Source: Candidatus Uhrbacteria bacterium
GTDB taxonomy: Bacteria; Patescibacteriota; Patescibacteriia; GWA2-47-26
NCBI GenBank assembly: GCA_016187515.1
Contig: JACPJN010000009.1
Location: 4,891 to 68,890 of the forward strand
Reading direction: 5' to 3'
DNA length: 64,000 nt
Shown here: piece after piece, positions 59,821-64,000 of the stretch
Numbering within the stretch: position 1 is the stretch's first letter
Layout of the letters: each line of letters opens with the position of its first letter
The notes under the pieces: model-generated
What the model saw: only the letters and a program-made list of their open reading frames with translations
The model's database searches: none
What the model was told of the DNA's origin: nothing
Translations under genes and position numbers: made by a program

Positions 59821-62733
59821 TTATTTCCCATGACAATGTTTATATTTTAGTCGGGTTCCGTCTGACTTAGTCGCTCCGCACGGACATGGCTCATTGCGGC
59901 CAATTTTATGCCCTAGCCCCTGACCCCTAGACCCTAGACCCTCCGTATGCGGGTGATCCGCGACATAACCCGTGGCCGGGGCTTTGCCATCAGCTTGCGC
60001 CCCGACCGTAGTTGAGGCGGCTAAACCGCCCATCCCCCGCTCCATGGTTTTTGCCGGCGCGGATAATTGCATGCCCCGGCGAGAAAGCAAAGACGGCGCC
60101 TCTGGCGCGGTAAACCCGACTTTAAAAATACCATACACCACTTGCTTCTCAATCAGATGCTGCAACTCTTGAAACATCCGATAGGCCTCTTTTTTATAGG
60201 CCACCAGCGGCTCCTGCTGGCCATAGGCGCGCAATCCTATTCCGCACCGCAAATGATCAATCGCGTCCAGATGCTCCACCCAAAGCAGGTCAATCGCGCG
60301 CAGCCAGATGGCCTTTTCAATCTGCCGCATCGGCTGAATCTCGCCACTAAGCGACGGCGCATCGTCTTTCAGTGGCGAATTGATGCGCTGTTCAAGCGCT
60401 CCATACGCCTGCCGCGCCGTTTCCGCCAGTGTTTCCACAATTTTTGTCCGTGCCTGCGCATCTTCAAGTTTGCTCCCATTGCCCCCGTAAATATGCTCAA
60501 TCTGCTCGCGCAGATCAGCCGGCGCCGGGAAAATAGTGCGCGCCACTTCTATAATCTCCTGCACATTCCATTCATCACGGCTGCCGTTTGCCGGCGTATG
60601 AAACAACACCACTTGCTCAATTTCGCGTTCGATCATATGAAGGACTTCGTCCTTCAAGTTCACAGTCATCAGTTCACTGTTCACAGTAGTCTGATCGGAC
60701 TGTGAACTGTCGTCTGTGAACTGTGAACTCGTCGCAAGCACCTGCTTGCGACGCTTGTAAATCACCTCCCGGTGCTTGTTAATCACATCATCATATTCCA
60801 ACAGGTGTTTGCGAATATCAAAATTGTGCTGTTCCACTTTGCTCTGCGCCGACTCAATCGAGCGCGACACGAGTTTGCTCTCAATCGGCACGTCCTCCGG
60901 AATTTTGAACCGCGTCATCAGCGTTTTAACCCGTTCTCCGCCAAAAATCCGCATCAGCTCATCAGAAAGCGACACATAAAATTGCGTTGAACCCGGATCG
61001 CCTTGACGACCGGAGCGGCCGCGCAGCTGATTGTCAATGCGCCGCGATTCATGCCGCTCGGTACCCAGCACATGCAGCCCGCCTAACTTTTTGACCTCTT
61101 CGGCCTCCAAAAAGTTAGGCGGGTTTCCGCCCAAAATAATATCCACCCCGCGGCCGGCCATATTGGTCGCCACGGTTACCGCGCCGGCCCGGCCGGCTTG
61201 CGCGATAATTTCCGCTTCCTTCTCGTGGTTCTTGGCATTTAATAATTTATGCGGCACTCCCGCGCGCTCCAGCAATTGCGACAAAATTTCATTTTTCTCA
61301 ATAGAGATGGTGCCGACCAAAACCGGCTGACCGCGGCCGTGCCGTTCTTTAATCTCTTTAACCACCGCTTCAAATTTTCCCGGCTCGGTGCGATAGACGC
61401 GATCCGGAAGATCAGCGCGCACCATGGTTTTATTGGTCGGAACCACCACCACTTCCAAGCCATAGATTTTGTGAAACTCTTCGGACTCGGTTGCCGCGGT
61501 TCCGGTCATGCCGGAAAGTTTTTTATACAGGCGAAAATAATTTTGAAACGTAACCGTGGCGAGCGTTTGCGATTCCCGCTCGATTTTTACGCCCTCTTTC
61601 GCTTCCACGGCCTGATGTAAACCTTCGGACCAGCGGCGTCCGGGCATGAGCCGGCCGGTAAATTCATCAACAATCACGACCCCGTCATCGCGCACCACAT
61701 AATCCTTATCCTTGCGGTAAAGCGTGTGCGCCCGCAAGGCCTGCTCCGCGTGATGCACTAAACTCATTCCTCCGGCGTCATAAAGATTCGGAATATTTAG
61801 GAATTTTTCAAGTTTGGAAATCCCCGCCTCGGTAAAAGTCGCCGCGCGCATCTTTTCGTCAATATTGTAATCCTCGTTTTCTTTAAGGCGGGATACTAAA
61901 CCGGCAAATTTATAGTATAAGTCCCCGGACTCTTCCGCCGGAGCGGAAATAATCAGCGGGGTCCGCGCCTCATCTACCAAAATCGAATCCACCTCATCAA
62001 CAATCGCGTAGTGATGTCCCCTTTGCACCATTTCGGAGGAGGCGGTCACCATGTTGTCGCGTAAATAGTCAAATCCGTATTCGTTATTCGTGCCGTAAGT
62101 AATATCCGCGCCATACGCTTCTTGCCGAGAAACCGGCTTGAGCGCCTCACCCTCCACCACATACGCGCTTTCATGAGTAATGCACCCAACCGTAAGACCA
62201 AGCGCCTGGTACACTCGTCCCATCCATACGGCGTCGCGGCGCGCCAAATAATCATTCACGGTAACCACGTGCACGCCCTGGCCAGCAAGCGCGTTTAAAT
62301 ACGCTGGCAAGGTTGCCACCAGCGTTTTTCCTTCACCGGTGCGCATTTCGGAAATCGCGCCGCGATGCAAAACCATGCCACCAAGCAACTGCACATCATA
62401 ATGCCGCTGGCCAAGCGCGCGTCTGGCCGCCTCGCGTACCGCGGCAAAGGCCTCGGGGAGAAGGTCGTCAAGCGTCACGCCCCCTCCCCTAACCCCTCCC
62501 ACCAAGGGAGGGGAACTTTCTTGTATCTCCCTCTCCCCTTGTGGGAGAGGGCGGGGGTGAGGGGGTGCGTTCACACCAAGCCGCTCCCGAAACTCCGCCG
62601 TCTTCGCTTTCAACTCCTCATCCGACAATTTCAAAAACTCCGGCTCCAGCGCGTTAATCCGCTCCACGGCCGGCCGCAGCTTCGCCACATACCGCGCATG
62701 CGGATCGCCGAATATTTTCGAGATAATTGACAT
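59821..62733 (-). CDS. secA: Preprotein translocase ATPase SecA
   Basis: [36 protein letters not shown]. Confidence 0.98.
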   Translation of the reverse strand: MSIISKIFGDPHARYVAKLRPAVERINALEPEFLKLSDEELKAKTAEFRERLGVNAPPHPRPLPQGEREIQESSPPLVGGVRGGGVTLDDLLPEAFAAVREAARRALGQRHYDVQLLGGMVLHRGAISEMRTGEGKTLVATLPAYLNALAGQGVHVVTVNDYLARRDAVWMGRVYQALGLTVGCITHESAYVVEGEALKPVSRQEAYGADITYGTNNEYGFDYLRDNMVTASSEMVQRGHHYAIVDEVDSILVDEARTPLIISAPAEESGDLYYKFAGLVSRLKENEDYNIDEKMRAATFTEAGISKLEKFLNIPNLYDAGGMSLVHHAEQALRAHTLYRKDKDYVVRDDGVVIVDEFTGRLMPGRRWSEGLHQAVEAKEGVKIERESQTLATVTFQNYFRLYKKLSGMTGTAATESEEFHKIYGLEVVVVPTNKTMVRADLPDRVYRTEPGKFEAVVKEIKERHGRGQPVLVGTISIEKNEILSQLLERAGVPHKLLNAKNHEKEAEIIAQAGRAGAVTVATNMAGRGVDIILGGNPPNFLEAEEVKKLGGLHVLGTERHESRRIDNQLRGRSGRQGDPGSTQFYVSLSDELMRIFGGERVKTLMTRFKIPEDVPIESKLVSRSIESAQSKVEQHNFDIRKHLLEYDDVINKHREVIYKRRKQVLATSSQFTDDSSQSDQTTVNSELMTVNLKDEVLHMIEREIEQVVLFHTPANGSRDEWNVQEIIEVARTIFPAPADLREQIEHIYGGNGSKLEDAQARTKIVETLAETARQAYGALEQRINSPLKDDAPSLSGEIQPMRQIEKAIWLRAIDLLWVEHLDAIDHLRCGIGLRAYGQQEPLVAYKKEAYRMFQELQHLIEKQVVYGIFKVGFTAPEAPSLLSRRGMQLSAPAKTMERGMGGLAASTTVGAQADGKAPATGYVADHPHTEGLGSRGQGLGHKIGRNEPCPCGATKSDGTRLKYKHCHGK

Positions 62734-62750
62734 AGAAATAGCATTGTACC

Positions 62751-64000
62751 CTAAAACCCGACTAATTGCACCTCCTCTTTAAGTTCAATGTCAAATTTAT
62801 CGCGAACGCGCTTTTTAATCTCCTCCGCCAGCGCCACAATATCATGGGCGGAAGCGCCGCCAAAATTCACCAGCGATAAGGAATGCTTCGGCGAAATACC
62901 CGCCTCACCCCGGCGGTACCCTTTTGAAAATCCGGCGCTTTGCAGCAGACAAGCGGCCGAAACTTTCACTTTTTCCTCCCCCCTTAAGGTAAGGGGGGAT
63001 TGAGGGGGGTTATGCACCTTCTCATCCTCCACTGTCCAATACCACGGATCAGGACACTCTTGTATCATGCCCTGTAGTTTTTCAAATTGATCACGGGACA
63101 CGATGGGATTCATGAAAAACGATCCGGCGGTTTTAAAACTTTCATACTCCGGCATAATCACGTATCCTTTCCGCGCGCGAATTTCAATTACGGCCTGGCG
63201 CACTTCGGCAAGAGAAGGTGAAATTTCATAACTCCCCCTCCCCCCTCTTACCTTAAGAGGGGGAATCGATGGATCTCCCTCCCTTAGGTTAAGGGAGGGC
63301 GAGGGAGGGTTACGAAAATACTCCGTCAAATCATGATAAGCAATGAGCGGCGCTCCACTGGGCGTCAGTTCCAATGTTACTTGCGTAATAATATAACGCC
63401 CTTTCATTTTTTTAAAAATACTGGCGCGGTATCCAAATTCACACCCGGCATTATCAAAAGTTACACGCGCCCCGTCTTTAGAATCAATTGCTTCAACACT
63501 TCGGATCACCGTGTCCACACTCTGCCCGTAAGCCCCGATATTCTGCACCGGCGCGGCGCCCACCGTGCCCGGAATTCCGGATAAACACTCAATTCCGGCC
63601 AAATTGCGCTCCACACACTGCGCCACTAACTCATCCCAAATTTCTCCCGCGCCAGCCGTGACTAAGGCGCGATTTTCTTCAATGCGCCACTCCACCCCCT
63701 TAATCTGCGTCATAATCGCCAGACCATCAAACCCCTTGTCGCTGACCAGAATATTACTTCCCCCGCCAAACATGAAAAATGGAATCGCGCACTCGTGAGC
63801 CGCCGTAATCGCGCGCACCAGGTCGTCGGCCGTGCGCGCCACAAAAAAATACCTGGCCGCCCCGCCGATCTTAAAGGTAGTAAATGGGGCTAAGAGTATA
63901 TCATGCTCTAATTCTTCTCCTAAGCGCTCCTTTAATGCGCGATGTGCTGATTCCGCAGATGCACTAGGTGCCGCAGATGACGCAGATGATTGATCATCTG
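62751..64000 (-). CDS. murB: UDP-N-acetylmuramate dehydrogenase (5' end beyond the window)
   Basis: [15 protein letters not shown] upstream of the tracked start; [33 protein letters not shown]. Confidence 0.95.
   Translation of the reverse strand, partial: DDQSSASSAAPSASAESAHRALKERLGEELEHDILLAPFTTFKIGGAARYFFVARTADDLVRAITAAHECAIPFFMFGGGSNILVSDKGFDGLAIMTQIKGVEWRIEENRALVTAGAGEIWDELVAQCVERNLAGIECLSGIPGTVGAAPVQNIGAYGQSVDTVIRSVEAIDSKDGARVTFDNAGCEFGYRASIFKKMKGRYIITQVTLELTPSGAPLIAYHDLTEYFRNPPSPSLNLREGDPSIPPLKVRGGRGSYEISPSLAEVRQAVIEIRARKGYVIMPEYESFKTAGSFFMNPIVSRDQFEKLQGMIQECPDPWYWTVEDEKVHNPPQSPLTLRGEEKVKVSAACLLQSAGFSKGYRRGEAGISPKHSLSLVNFGGASAHDIVALAEEIKKRVRDKFDIELKEEVQLVGF

Overview
64 kb of chromosome from a bacterium that looks like Patescibacteria/CPR (Parcubacteria-like; inferred from gene content such as short AlaRS, RpoA without its C-terminal domain, CxxC-x17-CxxC protein and a VirD4-like/partner pair; standard code 11). 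Most of it is housekeeping: ftsQ, xer, gltX, clpB, def/fmt, uvrD, the F0F1 atp operon, the rpoA ribosomal cluster, alaS, mnmA, secDF, secA and murB. The main find is at 4.9-7.1 kb. A 466-aa IS110/Nop-fold protein with an apparently inactivated RuvC-like N-terminus sits inside an array of about 10 stem-loop units. The 8 complete units each carry two different 9-nt spacers in a fixed ACGA-N9-TGT frame, which is the architecture of a TIGR-Tas-like dual-spacer RNA-guided system. Other notable items: many palindromic and tandem repeats inserted in-frame in essential genes, a recoded duplicate of the atpG 3' end, an unidentified ~195-nt ncRNA, a cluster of four PRTases with TrpR-like, SLOG-like and kinase genes, SecD with inserted parvulin domains, and GC-rich stand-alone orphan genes with their own promoters. 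All calls were made by eye; no database searches or folding programs were run.
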